A program made the translations under genes and the position numbers. The notes beneath the pieces are model-generated. The model was not told where the DNA came from, made no database searches, and saw only the letters and a program-made list of their open reading frames with translations. A DNA stretch of 64,000 bases from Bdellovibrionales bacterium (GTDB taxonomy: Bacteria; Bdellovibrionota; Bdellovibrionia; Bdellovibrionales; JAUICD01), in contig OZ241914.1 of NCBI GenBank assembly GCA_965203875.1, forward strand, positions 269,209-333,208. Reading direction: 5' to 3'. Below are positions 41,052 through 51,844 of this stretch, one piece after another (positions within the stretch are counted from its first letter, which is position 1; each line of letters starts with the position of its first letter).

Positions 41052-42590
41052 TTAGCCGCTCATATTGTTTATAAATTCTTCGTTAGTTTTTGTGTTTTTT
41101 AGCTTATCCAACAAAAATTCCATGCTATCTACCACATTCATAGGTGCTAGTACCTTTCTTAAAATCCATAATCTTTGTAAATGATTGTTATCTAAAAGCA
41201 AGTCTTCTTTTCTTGTTCCGGATTTATTAATGTCCATACAAGGGAAAATACGTTTTTCCATAAGTTTTCTATCAAGATTGATTTCGGAATTACCTGTACC
41301 TTTAAACTCTTCAAAGATCACTTCATCCATCCTAGAGCCGGTATCTATCAAGGCAGTTGCAATTATTGTAAGGCTTCCACCTTCTTCAATATTTCTAGCA
41401 GCTCCAAAAAATCTCTTTGGCTTATGTAATGCATTTGAATCCACACCACCTGATAGGATTTTCCCAGAAGGTGGAACAACCGTATTATAAGCTCTGGCCA
41501 ATCTAGTTATTGAGTCTAGCAATATTACAACATCATGTTTGTGCTCAACCAATCGCTTTGCTTTTTCTAAAACCATCTCGGCAACTTGGACGTGTCTTGT
41601 TAAAGGTTCATCAAATGTTGAGCTTATTACCTCTCCTTTTACACTTCTGGACATATCGGTAACTTCTTCAGGTCTTTCATCTATAAGAAGCACTATCAAG
41701 GATACTTCTGGGTGGTTTACAGAAATTGCATTGGCTATATCTTGCAAAAGTACAGTTTTGCCTGTTCTAGGAGGTGCCACAATTAATGCTCTTTGCCCCT
41801 TGCCTAGAGGGGCCATCATATCTACAACTCTTGTGGTGAAATTAGAGGGATTGTGTTCAAGTTTAAGTCTGGTTTTGGGGTACAGTGGTGTGAGGTTGTC
41901 AAATAGAAGTTTATCTTTTGAGGTTTCCAGCTTTTCCTTATTTAAAGTCTCAACTTTTAGAAGAGCAAAGTACCTTTCGTTATCTTTTGGAGGTCTCACT
42001 GTTCCAGCTATGTCATCCCCAGTTCTTAAGCCAAATCTCTTGATTTGTGAGGGGCTTACATAGATGTCGTCAGGCCCTGGCAGATAATTATAGTCAGGAG
42101 ATCTTAAAAAACCATAACCATCGGATAAAATTTCTAATACACCATGCCCATAAATATCTCCAAACTTAGCAGCTCTTTTTAAGACTTCAAAAACAAGGTC
42201 TTGTCTTCTAAGACCTGCGGCATGTTCTATGTGCAGTTTGGTTGCAAGATCAGCCAGCTCGTTTATTTTTTTAGATTTTAAGTCTTTGGAGTTTAGAGAT
42301 TTTTTATCTTCGTCTGTTAACGCCGCCTTTATTTGCTCTATCTGTTCTTCTGACAGCTCACGTTTAACTTCTTCCAAAGGGTCTGTGCTCTCAGCACTTT
42401 TGTTGTTAGGCGAATTTTCATATTTTCTTTTCGGTCTTTCGTGATAGTTGTCGTTGTTAAATCTTCTGGGGTTGCTAGAGCCAGATCTTCTCATAGAACC
42501 CTGGTGGTTTTTGCCTCTTCTCTTGTCGCTTTTTGCAGACTTGTGAGGCGAAGAAACCTGACCTATATTTTCTTCCTTGTTATCCGACAT
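41052..42590 (-). CDS. rho: Transcription termination factor Rho with N-terminal extension
   Basis: [29 protein letters not shown] and EEFKGTGN motifs. Confidence 0.98.
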   Translation of the reverse strand: MSDNKEENIGQVSSPHKSAKSDKRRGKNHQGSMRRSGSSNPRRFNNDNYHERPKRKYENSPNNKSAESTDPLEEVKRELSEEQIEQIKAALTDEDKKSLNSKDLKSKKINELADLATKLHIEHAAGLRRQDLVFEVLKRAAKFGDIYGHGVLEILSDGYGFLRSPDYNYLPGPDDIYVSPSQIKRFGLRTGDDIAGTVRPPKDNERYFALLKVETLNKEKLETSKDKLLFDNLTPLYPKTRLKLEHNPSNFTTRVVDMMAPLGKGQRALIVAPPRTGKTVLLQDIANAISVNHPEVSLIVLLIDERPEEVTDMSRSVKGEVISSTFDEPLTRHVQVAEMVLEKAKRLVEHKHDVVILLDSITRLARAYNTVVPPSGKILSGGVDSNALHKPKRFFGAARNIEEGGSLTIIATALIDTGSRMDEVIFEEFKGTGNSEINLDRKLMEKRIFPCMDINKSGTRKEDLLLDNNHLQRLWILRKVLAPMNVVDSMEFLLDKLKNTKTNEEFINNMSG

Positions 42591-42884
42591 TTCCTTTATT
42601 CCTGATGCATAAACGTTACCTAAGATTGGTATAGAATTAAGCCTTTATCCTATCGCAAAGCTTCGATGAGCGAACCTAGCATATCAGTTTTAGCACATTA
42701 GTCTCAGCACACCAGTTATCTACATACATTATTTACGTACACCATTTGCATACGATGATAAGACAGGCCTTCTTTCAAGAAAGGTAAAACCTTATAGGGC
42801 ACAAGCCTATCAGCCAAAAGTCTTGTAGTCAAGATATTAATCGCATCCTGTGGATAGAGTAAACACAGGCTTAAATTTTTGTGT

Positions 42885-44309
42885 TTAAATTTGTGTTTCA
42901 CCAAACCCTGTAGCTTCTAGGCTTTTTTTCCTAGATTTGGACTTTCTTCTTACTGCCAGTAGCAGAACCACCATTATTAGCACTACTCCAGCTGCCAATA
43001 CGGTAACTTTGTCCCCACCGCCAGGGAGTTTTTCAAGTAGTCCTGCGATTCCACCCTCTTCACTATCCATGTCTGCCATTTCGGTTGGCGGCGGAGGTAC
43101 TTCTGCTGGTGGAGGGGGTGGTACGTCTGCCATATCGGGAAGCGGAGGTGGAGGCGGCGGAGGAGGTGGTGCACCCATATCATCCATACCAGGCGGAGGA
43201 GGAGGCGGTGGCATACCCATATCGTCCATACCAGGAGGCGGAGGCATGTCTGCCATTTCAGTTGGAGGCGGAGGAGGCATACCCATATCATCAGAAGGAG
43301 GCATATCTGTCATATCAGGTGGTGGAGGTTCGTTCATTACATCAGGCGGTGGCTCTTGAGTATTTTCTGCCACTTCTATAGGAGCACTAGGAGCTTGCCC
43401 AACCGGCCAATATGTTATTTCTCTATCTTGAGTTAAGGTCCATTTCTCTGATTCGTTAAGGTCAGGATTTTTTGCCCAAAGTTCTTTCCATGATTCTCTA
43501 TTTCCCAGTAAGTTTTCTGCAATATCTCGTATGTTCTCACCTTTTTTGGCACTATAGACATTTGAGTTTATATTTGCGTCTTCATAATAGGGCACGAGCC
43601 TGCCTCTATCGTTTGGTCTGTTAGGTGAGTTGTAATAGACTTTGTCGCCTACAGAAATTTTCCTAGCCAATGTTGTGTTTATTTCCAAAAGTTCGGACTC
43701 TCTTTGAGGATCACCGTATATTTTACCGCTTATGGAAGCCAGAGTGTCACCTTCTCTTACTATGTAAACCGCATTTATCAGGCGGGCTGCTTTTTCAAAT
43801 GTTTCAAATTTTATTTTCTTTACAGGGACGTAGCCTTTAGGCTCAACTTCTGTTGTATCATCAGAATATGACTGAGTGTCATCTGTTTGTGCAAAGGAAT
43901 CCTCGCTTTCTTCGCTATATGAATAATCTTGGCTATCTTGGCTTTCTGTTTCTTCAGTTTCCTCTGAATCTTGGTATCCAAAATCATCGCCACTTTCGCC
44001 TTCTTGTGTATCATCTGATCCATACTCTGAAGTTTCATCCATCGAGTCGTCTGCTTCGTCTGAATCGTAGGTATCACCATCTGCTGCGGAGATGTCTTCG
44101 TTTGCATCTTCATCTAAAGGGTCTTCAGGAAATTCTGATTCACTTTCGTCATATTCGTCAAAATTTTCAGACACAGTATCTGTTTCATTTGAAGTATCTT
44201 GGACATCTTCTTTTTTGTTAGAAGTACAACCAACAAAACATATCAAAACTAAAAGTAAAAATAAGTGCTTCAACAGCCGATCTCTTTTAAATTTTTTAAT
44301 CACAACCAA
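42885..44309 (-). CDS. LysM-domain envelope protein with acidic and proline-rich regions and a C-terminal TM
   Basis: Lipobox FVGC, YIVREGDTLASIS..IYG LysM, second LysM-like GENIRDIAENLLG..W, (PPP..DM)n and C-terminal TM followed by RRK. Confidence 0.8.
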   Translation of the reverse strand: MVVIKKFKRDRLLKHLFLLLVLICFVGCTSNKKEDVQDTSNETDTVSENFDEYDESESEFPEDPLDEDANEDISAADGDTYDSDEADDSMDETSEYGSDDTQEGESGDDFGYQDSEETEETESQDSQDYSYSEESEDSFAQTDDTQSYSDDTTEVEPKGYVPVKKIKFETFEKAARLINAVYIVREGDTLASISGKIYGDPQRESELLEINTTLARKISVGDKVYYNSPNRPNDRGRLVPYYEDANINSNVYSAKKGENIRDIAENLLGNRESWKELWAKNPDLNESEKWTLTQDREITYWPVGQAPSAPIEVAENTQEPPPDVMNEPPPPDMTDMPPSDDMGMPPPPPTEMADMPPPPGMDDMGMPPPPPPPGMDDMGAPPPPPPPPPLPDMADVPPPPPAEVPPPPTEMADMDSEEGGIAGLLEKLPGGGDKVTVLAAGVVLIMVVLLLAVRRKSKSRKKSLEATGFGETQI

Positions 44310-44407
44310 AGGTATATAATAAAGGAAGCAGCTTAATACTTAGAAGCTTTAGTCTAGTAAGTTTGAAAATTTGAGACTAAGGTCAAGCTCTTATTTGTGT
44401 GAAGACT

Positions 44408-44863
44408 CTAGTAGAATACAATTTCTCTATTTCTACAATCCAGTTTGTCTCCAAGCTGGACTTTATTTTTAGCAAACCAACCTTGATTTACCTCGAGTGC
44501 ATATTTTGCTGGTTTCTTGCTAGTGTATGTAGGTAGGTCTTTTACAAGAAGGCTATGCGGATTCATCTTTTGAATATCTACTATTACACAGTTTGAGTTT
44601 ACAAAAGCTATACTCAATGGTATAAAGGTGTTTTTCATCCAAAAAGATAGAGGTTTTTCTTGATCAAAAACAAACAACATACCGCTATTTTCATCCAGCT
44701 GTCTTCTATGCATCAAACCTGCTGATCTCTGTTTATCGGTTCTAGCTACTTCGACTTCTATTTCATGGTTAGAAATTTTTAATTTTCTGGTATTAGATTT
44801 TGCTGTTAGATCGTTTGAATAAGAAAGTAGTATAAATGAAGTAAGCGTAGCTATTTTTATCAT
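44408..44863 (-). CDS. DUF192 family protein
   Basis: VEVA..R..GLM.R..GMLFVF..FWMKNT.IPLSIAF..YALEVNQG. Confidence 0.92.
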   Translation of the reverse strand: MIKIATLTSFILLSYSNDLTAKSNTRKLKISNHEIEVEVARTDKQRSAGLMHRRQLDENSGMLFVFDQEKPLSFWMKNTFIPLSIAFVNSNCVIVDIQKMNPHSLLVKDLPTYTSKKPAKYALEVNQGWFAKNKVQLGDKLDCRNREIVFY

Positions 44864-44896
44864 TTGTCTTGTGCCATTTTATAATATTCAATATTC

Positions 44897-45775
44897 TTAT
44901 TTATTAAACAACAGCTGTATTGCTAGTGCTAGTCTTATTCCACCGTAGCTAGGTTCAATTCTATTAATACCTAAGTATTTTAGAATTTCAATCAATATTA
45001 AATTTCCTGCAATTATTATGTCAGCTCTTTTGGGATGTAATCCTTTAATTTTCATCCTATCTTCTAGCTTCGTTGAGGATAGTTTTTTAAAAATTTTGAC
45101 TATATCTTGTAATAAAATTGTGTCTTGTGTGAGGTTAAATTCTTTCTGTAGTTCTAAAAGAGTGTAGATTGTCCCACCTATACCAAGATTATATTTAGTA
45201 CTAGTTTTTTTAATTTTAGATAAATGGTTTTTTATTTCAAAAGATAAATTCTCTATTTCATTTTGTGTAATTGGATCGTGTAAGATATGTTTTTCTGTTA
45301 GGGTTACAGCCCCTATATTTAAGCTATGGAATATAAACTCATCTTTTTTATAAGTTATTTCGGTAGAGCCGCCGCCTATATCTATGACTGTGCAATTATT
45401 TTTATATGGTTTAGAATATACAGCACTGTTGTATGCCAGTATAGCCTCTTGCTCTCCTGAGATAACATCTACATCAATGCCATATTTATTTGTTAATTTG
45501 ATAAATTCGGTTGAATTTTTAGAATCCCGTACAGCACTTGTGGTCACCGCCTTAATTTTTTGTACTTTATGTTCATCAATTTTTTGTTTAAAGAAACTTA
45601 AAACCTCGGCTGCTTTTTCTAAGGATTGATTGTTTATGAACCCTTCTTTTGCTACGCCTTGTCCAATTCTTACTATCTGTGAATTATCAAACAGGATTTT
45701 TAATTTATTTTCTTTTACAGTTGCAATCATGCATTTAAAAGAATTTGTCCCTAAGTCTATTGTTGCTACAATCAT
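44897..45775 (-). CDS. Ppx/GppA family phosphatase
   Basis: IDLGTNS, TSAVRD, SGEQEA, DIGGGSTE and RADII motifs. Confidence 0.92.
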   Translation of the reverse strand: MIVATIDLGTNSFKCMIATVKENKLKILFDNSQIVRIGQGVAKEGFINNQSLEKAAEVLSFFKQKIDEHKVQKIKAVTTSAVRDSKNSTEFIKLTNKYGIDVDVISGEQEAILAYNSAVYSKPYKNNCTVIDIGGGSTEITYKKDEFIFHSLNIGAVTLTEKHILHDPITQNEIENLSFEIKNHLSKIKKTSTKYNLGIGGTIYTLLELQKEFNLTQDTILLQDIVKIFKKLSSTKLEDRMKIKGLHPKRADIIIAGNLILIEILKYLGINRIEPSYGGIRLALAIQLLFNK

Positions 45776-47148
45776 TTGGATTTTAGTTTTTCTATTATCT
45801 TAATAACAATATTTGGATTTGCCTTGCCTTTAGTTTTTGACATAACTTTACCTACAAAAAACTCTCTTATTTTAGCATTTCCTTTAAGATATTCTTTCCA
45901 CTGATTGTTATTTTCTTCTATTATATTTTTCACTATGTTTAAGATTTCTGTATCATCAGAAAGTTGTTTTTTTTGTTCAATTAGGTTACCTATATCTGCA
46001 TTATTTAATGAACTTTTTTCCAAAATAAGTTTAGCTGATCGTATAGAAATTTCTTTTTTATCAACACAGTCTATTATTTTTCTTAGTGCTTTAATATTAT
46101 TATAGGTATCATGTTTTTTAGCAATGGTGTATAGATAATCTTTAATCCAATCGATATTGTTGTAGTTTTTAAAAAGTTCTAATGAGTGATCAGCTAAATC
46201 TGGAGTTTTAGCAATTTGAATCGCTTCTGTAGTTGGCATATATTGTGATAGCTTTTTAATTTTATCTATTTGTGGTTCCGGAATATTTATTATTAAATCT
46301 TTTTTTGATAATTCTATAGGAGATAGGTCAGGATCAGGAAAATATTTGTAATCTTCTGAATCTTCTTTTGATCTCATTGATGTAGTTTTATTAGTGGCAC
46401 TGTCGTATAATCTGGTTTCTTGTGTTATCTCACTTTTGAGATCTAATACTTGGTTTTGTCGGGCTATTTCATATTCTAGAGCTTTTTCTATAAATCTAAA
46501 GGAGTTTAAATTTTTAAGTTCAACTTTTGTACCTAGAGGTTCATTTTTTTTTCTCAAGCTAATATTACAATCACATCTCAAAGAGCCTTCTTCTAAATTC
46601 CCGTCAGAGATCCCAATATAAACCACCAAGTCTTTTATTGCTCTTGCGTAGTCAGATGCATGTTTTGGCGATTGAATCTCTGGTTCAGATACTATTTCTA
46701 ACAGAGGGATTCCTGCTCTGTTGAAATTTAATACACTGGATTCTCCTTGGTGTATTAATTTACCTGCATCTTCTTCTATATGTACTCGAGTTATATGTAC
46801 TTTGTTTAAAATGTCATTTGAATAAAATTCTATCGATCCTTTTTCACAAATAGGTTCTTTGTACTGGGATATTTGATAGCCTTTTGGTAAATCTGGATAA
46901 AAATAATTTTTTCTTTCAAATACGGAGCGTGTATTGATCTTACAGTTAAGCATCTTACCTGCTAGTATGGCTTTTTGTACAACGTTATGGTTTATTACTG
47001 GCAAACTTCCGGGAAGTCCTAGACATACTGGGCAGATGTTTTGGTTATCACGATCCCCAAATTTGGTGGAACAATCGCAAAATAATTTTGTAGAGGTGTT
47101 GAGTTGAACATGAATTTCTATACCTATTGTAGGGATGTAAACTGACAT
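45772..47148 (-). CDS. gatB: Asp/Glu-tRNA amidotransferase subunit B
   Basis: IGIEIHVQL, RKNYFYPDLPKGYQISQ and YFPDPDL motifs. Confidence 0.97.
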   Translation of the reverse strand: MSVYIPTIGIEIHVQLNTSTKLFCDCSTKFGDRDNQNICPVCLGLPGSLPVINHNVVQKAILAGKMLNCKINTRSVFERKNYFYPDLPKGYQISQYKEPICEKGSIEFYSNDILNKVHITRVHIEEDAGKLIHQGESSVLNFNRAGIPLLEIVSEPEIQSPKHASDYARAIKDLVVYIGISDGNLEEGSLRCDCNISLRKKNEPLGTKVELKNLNSFRFIEKALEYEIARQNQVLDLKSEITQETRLYDSATNKTTSMRSKEDSEDYKYFPDPDLSPIELSKKDLIINIPEPQIDKIKKLSQYMPTTEAIQIAKTPDLADHSLELFKNYNNIDWIKDYLYTIAKKHDTYNNIKALRKIIDCVDKKEISIRSAKLILEKSSLNNADIGNLIEQKKQLSDDTEILNIVKNIIEENNNQWKEYLKGNAKIREFFVGKVMSKTKGKANPNIVIKIIEKLKSK

Positions 47149-48524
47149 ACGCCCTCTATTGCTTTTGCAACATTAAATAATGTTTGTTCTTTAAACTGTT
47201 TAGCCATCAACTGGATACTTACAGGGAGGTTGTTTTTGGACAACTTTATTGGTAAACTTATGCTAGGAATTCCCGCAAGATTTGCAGGTACTGTGTAATA
47301 GTCATCCCAATACAGCTCTAGTTTATCTTTTATTTCACCATGTTTAAAAGCTAACCCTGATGTTACAGGAGACAATATCACATCACATTTGCTAAAACAT
47401 TTGTCAAAATCATTTTTTATCAGCCGTCTTACTCTGCTAGCTTTTAAATAAAATTCTTCATAATAACCAGAGGACAGAGCTAATGTTCCCATCATAATTC
47501 TAAGCTTAACCTCTTTACCGAATCCGCTGCTTCTTGTTTTTGAAATAAAGTTCATTGTATTATCTTTTCTTAGCCCGAATCTAACCCCATCATAACGGGC
47601 CAAATTGCTAGAAGCTTCGCTAGTGCAAATTAAATAATAAGTTGGAACTGCATACTTTGCATGTTTCAATTCAATATTTACTAAAGAACAGCCTAAATCT
47701 TTTAGGATTTTTTTTGTTTCATCTAAAGAAGATTTTATTTCTTCATGAATGTCTTGATGTTTTAGCACTCCTATGGTCAACCCTTTTAGATCTGTGTTTA
47801 TGTCTTGATCCCAGTTTGGAACAGGGATATTTACGGTGGTGGAATCTTTATGATCGTATCCGCTTATCACTTTAGCCAACAGTGCAGCATCGGTCACATT
47901 ATTTGCTATAGGACCTGCCTGATCCAGGCTGGATGCAAATGCTATCATACCATATCTACTCACTCTACCATAAGTTGGCTTTAATCCTACAACACCGCAG
48001 AAACTTGCAGGTTGCCTGACGGACCCACCTGTATCTGTCCCAATAGATCCATATACCATATCATCAGCTACACTTGCTGCAGAACCGCCACTTGAACCAC
48101 CAGCCGTGTGTTTTTTATTCCAAGGGTTTTTTACTGTACCAAAACAGGAAGTTTCATTATTAGATCCCATAGCAAATTCGTCACAATTATTTTTGCCCAT
48201 AATTATAGCCCCTGCGTTTATCAGTTTATGGATTATTGTTGCAGAATATGGACAAATAAAATTCTTTAATATTTTGGAACATGCGGTGGTAGGCATACCT
48301 TTAACACAAAACATGTCTTTTATGGAAATAGGAACTCCTAGCAGAGGAAGATCTTTCTCGTGGTCTATCTTACCTAACTGTTCTAAAGGATCTTTTGCTA
48401 TATAGACAAAAGAATTTATATCCTTGTCTTGTTTTTTTATTTTTTCTAGTGAACGCTCAACAGCGTGTGCAGAGGGCATACTTTTATTTTTAATAGAATA
48501 TACTAAATTTTTAATAGATCTCAT
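47124..48524 (-). CDS. gatA: Asp/Glu-tRNA amidotransferase subunit A
   Basis: GGSSGGSAA and GTDTGGSVRQPA amidase signature. Confidence 0.97.
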   Translation of the reverse strand: MRSIKNLVYSIKNKSMPSAHAVERSLEKIKKQDKDINSFVYIAKDPLEQLGKIDHEKDLPLLGVPISIKDMFCVKGMPTTACSKILKNFICPYSATIIHKLINAGAIIMGKNNCDEFAMGSNNETSCFGTVKNPWNKKHTAGGSSGGSAASVADDMVYGSIGTDTGGSVRQPASFCGVVGLKPTYGRVSRYGMIAFASSLDQAGPIANNVTDAALLAKVISGYDHKDSTTVNIPVPNWDQDINTDLKGLTIGVLKHQDIHEEIKSSLDETKKILKDLGCSLVNIELKHAKYAVPTYYLICTSEASSNLARYDGVRFGLRKDNTMNFISKTRSSGFGKEVKLRIMMGTLALSSGYYEEFYLKASRVRRLIKNDFDKCFSKCDVILSPVTSGLAFKHGEIKDKLELYWDDYYTVPANLAGIPSISLPIKLSKNNLPVSIQLMAKQFKEQTLFNVAKAIEGVCQFTSLQ

Positions 48525-48784
48525 AATTTAAATGGAACCTTAAAACATCTGCCAATTTTATCTGGAGCATTTTTTAAAAAATCTTCTTTTGTTGTTTGTT
48601 GATTCACTTTATCTTCTCTGTATAGGTTTGTAGGTTCAGTGGGATTAATCAACGGTGTTACTTTTTTAGTATCGACATGCTTTACTTCTTTGAATGCATC
48701 TAATATTGAGACAAGTAAATTTTTGTTTATACGAACGTCCTCTTTGTCAAGTGAACTTAATTTGGCCAATTTTTCTATATCCAT
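48521..48784 (-). CDS. gatC: Asp/Glu-tRNA amidotransferase subunit C
   Basis: LAKLSSL..REDK..LKNAP..FKVP; precedes gatA. Confidence 0.88.
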   Translation of the reverse strand: MDIEKLAKLSSLDKEDVRINKNLLVSILDAFKEVKHVDTKKVTPLINPTEPTNLYREDKVNQQTTKEDFLKNAPDKIGRCFKVPFKL

Positions 48785-48856
48785 AAATGATGTTATACCT
48801 AAACACTTTATAATCTGTAAAGCCTTGTATTTTTGAGATAGGATTGATAGTGTAAT

Positions 48857-50875
48857 TTGGTGAGTTCTTATAAAAATGATATTGACAAACTTGCATCAGA
48901 GATCAATCAGCATGACTATTGTTACTATGCTCTAGACAATCCAACTATAAGTGACCTAGAATACGACAAGAAATATAAAAAGCTTCTAGAGCTTGAAAAA
49001 AAACATAATTACACACCAGCCAATTCTCCCACCCAGAGGGTAAGCGGTGTAGTCTCTAAAAGATTTGGCAAAAGCTCTCATACAGAGCCTATGTTGTCTA
49101 TTCAAAACTGTTTTTTGGATGAGGAACTTGTGGCATTTGATTCCAGGGTAAGAAAATTTTTGTCCACAGAGCTTGCAGGTCAAAATTTAGAATATTTTTG
49201 TCAGCCTAAATTAGACGGTTTAGCTATGGAACTTGTGTATGAGAATGGCAAACTGACCAAGGCTATAACTAGAGGGGACGGTTATACAGGCGAAAATGTA
49301 ACAGAAAATATAAAAACAATAAAGTGCATACCGCTATACATTGCAGATGCCCCCAATCTTTTGGAAGTTAGAGGTGAGGTTATCATGAAGAAAAATGATT
49401 TTAGATCTCTTAACAAAATACAAGAAGCAGAAGAGGGTATAGTTTTTTCCACACCTAGAAATGCAGCAGCTGGTTCTGTAAGACAGCTCAATTCTGCTAT
49501 AACAGCTCAAAGAAAATTATTTTTTTATGCATATGCTTGTGGGTCAGTAAAAGGAGTACAATTTGAAACTCACAAAGATATGGAAGAGCGTCTAAGGACT
49601 CTAGGTATACCTATATTACCTGTCAGAAAATCTTTAAAAACTAAAGCAGCGGATAATCACCTATCTTTTTTAGCAAATTCGCTTGATGAGGTGATACAAT
49701 ATAGAAATTTTATTTATAACATAAAGCCAAGTTTGGATTTTGATGTCGATGGTGTGGTGATAAAAGTAAACAGAATAAATTGGCAAAGAAAAATTGGAAT
49801 GACTGCAAAATATCCTAGATGGGTATGTGCTGCTAAATTTAAAGCAGAAGAAGCTAAAACAAGAATTTTAGATATTAAAGTACAAGTTGGCAGAACTGGG
49901 GTACTGACCCCAGTAGCTATACTGGAACCTGTAAGAGTGGCAGGAGTGTTAATAACTTATGCTTCCTTACATAATCAAGATGAAATAGATAGAAAAGATA
50001 TCAGAATATCGGATACAGTGAATGTTCAAAGGGCGGGTGATGTAATACCTTATATTACAGGCGTTGAGTTTTCCAAAAGAAAAAAAGGTGCAGCCAAATA
50101 TACTATTCCAGATAAATGCCCTTCTTGTAATAAGAAGGCTGACAAGTCAGAAACTTTAATTAGATGTAAAAATTCAAATTGTGGATCTCAACTTAAACAA
50201 AAGTTAAAACATTTTGTATCTAGAAGAGCTATGAATATTGATCAGCTAGGAGATAAACTTGTAGAAAAATTATCAGATGCTAATTTGGTTAAAAATTACT
50301 CCGACTTTTATAAATTAAAAGAAGAGCATATTTTAGGTCTTGAGGGTTATAAAGATAAATCTGCTAACAATATAATTTCTAGCATACAAAAAACAAAAAA
50401 ACAGAGGATGGATAAATTTATATATGCTCTAGGTATACGGCATGTTGGAGAGAACACTGCAAAACTAATAGCTAAACACTTTAAAAGCATAGATAAATTT
50501 TTATCTGCTAAAGAAGAAGATTTTTCTAAAATAGATGGGTTAGGTGATAGGACAAGTCATACCATAGCTCAATATTTGTCAGGTTCAGGCATGGAAGAGA
50601 TCAAAAAATTAATGAAAGTACTAGAATTATCATATGAAAATTATAATGAGCAAAATAAAACTGTTGTTTTAACTGGTAGATTAAGTTTGCCAAAACATCA
50701 AATAAAAGAAATTTTAGAGGCTAAAGGGTTTAATGTGTTAAATTCAGTTTCCAAGAATACTGATTTTGTTTTATATGGCGAGAAGGCCGGCACCAAGTTA
50801 GATACAGCAAAACGGCTTGGCATTCAAATAATAGATGAATCTACCATAGATTGGAATGACTTTAATGACTTTTAA
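48857..50875 (+). CDS. ligA: NAD-dependent DNA ligase
   Basis: PKLDG (KxDG), EVRGEV, DGVVIK, VGRTG, Zn finger and C-terminal BRCT. Confidence 0.97.
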   Translation: MVSSYKNDIDKLASEINQHDYCYYALDNPTISDLEYDKKYKKLLELEKKHNYTPANSPTQRVSGVVSKRFGKSSHTEPMLSIQNCFLDEELVAFDSRVRKFLSTELAGQNLEYFCQPKLDGLAMELVYENGKLTKAITRGDGYTGENVTENIKTIKCIPLYIADAPNLLEVRGEVIMKKNDFRSLNKIQEAEEGIVFSTPRNAAAGSVRQLNSAITAQRKLFFYAYACGSVKGVQFETHKDMEERLRTLGIPILPVRKSLKTKAADNHLSFLANSLDEVIQYRNFIYNIKPSLDFDVDGVVIKVNRINWQRKIGMTAKYPRWVCAAKFKAEEAKTRILDIKVQVGRTGVLTPVAILEPVRVAGVLITYASLHNQDEIDRKDIRISDTVNVQRAGDVIPYITGVEFSKRKKGAAKYTIPDKCPSCNKKADKSETLIRCKNSNCGSQLKQKLKHFVSRRAMNIDQLGDKLVEKLSDANLVKNYSDFYKLKEEHILGLEGYKDKSANNIISSIQKTKKQRMDKFIYALGIRHVGENTAKLIAKHFKSIDKFLSAKEEDFSKIDGLGDRTSHTIAQYLSGSGMEEIKKLMKVLELSYENYNEQNKTVVLTGRLSLPKHQIKEILEAKGFNVLNSVSKNTDFVLYGEKAGTKLDTAKRLGIQIIDESTIDWNDFNDF

Positions 50876-51326
50876 AGTATGCCGTTAGCCTAGCTTCAGA
50901 TACTTTTGATCCATCTTCTTTGCAAATATTAGTTTCAAAGATATATACTCTGTCTGATCTAATTTTTACAACTTTGGCCTCTATATTTAATATATCTCCA
51001 GGTACTACAGGAGCTCTAAATTTTGCCTTATCAACACCGGTTATCAAAGTAGAGTTGTTTGAGTTGGGCTTTAATACCAAAATTGCTGCTGCTTGAGCCA
51101 TTGCTTCTATTTGTAAAACACCTGGCATTATCGGATTGTTTGGGAAATGTCCTACAAAGAATGGTTCATTGATAGTTATATTTTTTCTTGCGATTAAATA
51201 TGCATTTTCCCAATTTTTTAAATCTTCAGATCTTACTCTTTTTAATACACTGTCTATAAGTAAAAATGGGTATCTATGAGGTAATATGTCCAATATTTCT
51301 TTTATTGATAGTTTATCTTCTATCAT
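50862..51326 (-). CDS. fabZ: 3-hydroxyacyl-ACP dehydratase
   Basis: LPHRYPFLLID and GHFP..PIMPGVLQIEAMAQ motifs. Confidence 0.95.
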   Translation of the reverse strand: MIEDKLSIKEILDILPHRYPFLLIDSVLKRVRSEDLKNWENAYLIARKNITINEPFFVGHFPNNPIMPGVLQIEAMAQAAAILVLKPNSNNSTLITGVDKAKFRAPVVPGDILNIEAKVVKIRSDRVYIFETNICKEDGSKVSEARLTAYFKSH

Positions 51327-51823
51327 TTTTTACCATCTATCTTTTTTATAACCTCTTGAGTTAAATCTAAAGAAGATTTTCCCCATAGAACGGATACTTC
51401 ATTTTTTTGTAAAATAAGATCATATCCTTTTTTGGTTCCAATTTCATTTGCAATGTTTAGAATTCTGTCTAGGATTGGTTTAGTCAGTTCTTGCTCTCTT
51501 TTTTGAATGTTCATTTGACTCTGAGCCAATTTATTCTGTAAGGCTACAAATTTTCTTTGAAGTGCAGCTTGTTGTTGCATAAAGATATCTCTTGATAAAA
51601 CAGTTTCCTTTCGTTTTAAATCTTCGCTTTCTTTTTTTAAACTAGCCTCTTCTTTTTTAATGTCGTCTTTTACTTTTTTTATCTCTTTTTCCAATTTATT
51701 TTTTGCTGCAATACCAGCTTTAGTAGTTTGTAAGGCTTTTGCTACGTCTACAAAACCTACCTTCATTTCTGCTTCAGATGATGAAATAAGTACCGTAGAT
51801 AACAATGTAAGTAATATATGCAT
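51323..51823 (-). CDS. skp: Periplasmic chaperone Skp/OmpH
   Basis: KVGFVD, coiled coil, DLTQEVI; follows bamA. Confidence 0.9.
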   Translation of the reverse strand: MHILLTLLSTVLISSSEAEMKVGFVDVAKALQTTKAGIAAKNKLEKEIKKVKDDIKKEEASLKKESEDLKRKETVLSRDIFMQQQAALQRKFVALQNKLAQSQMNIQKREQELTKPILDRILNIANEIGTKKGYDLILQKNEVSVLWGKSSLDLTQEVIKKIDGKK

Positions 51824-51844
51824 TTTTCCTCCAAAAAAATAACT

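Noticed and set aside
42937-44319. Several alternative-frame ORFs overlapping the LysM gene
   Set aside because: By-products of low-complexity Pro/Asp codon repeats on the opposite strand or in shifted frames.
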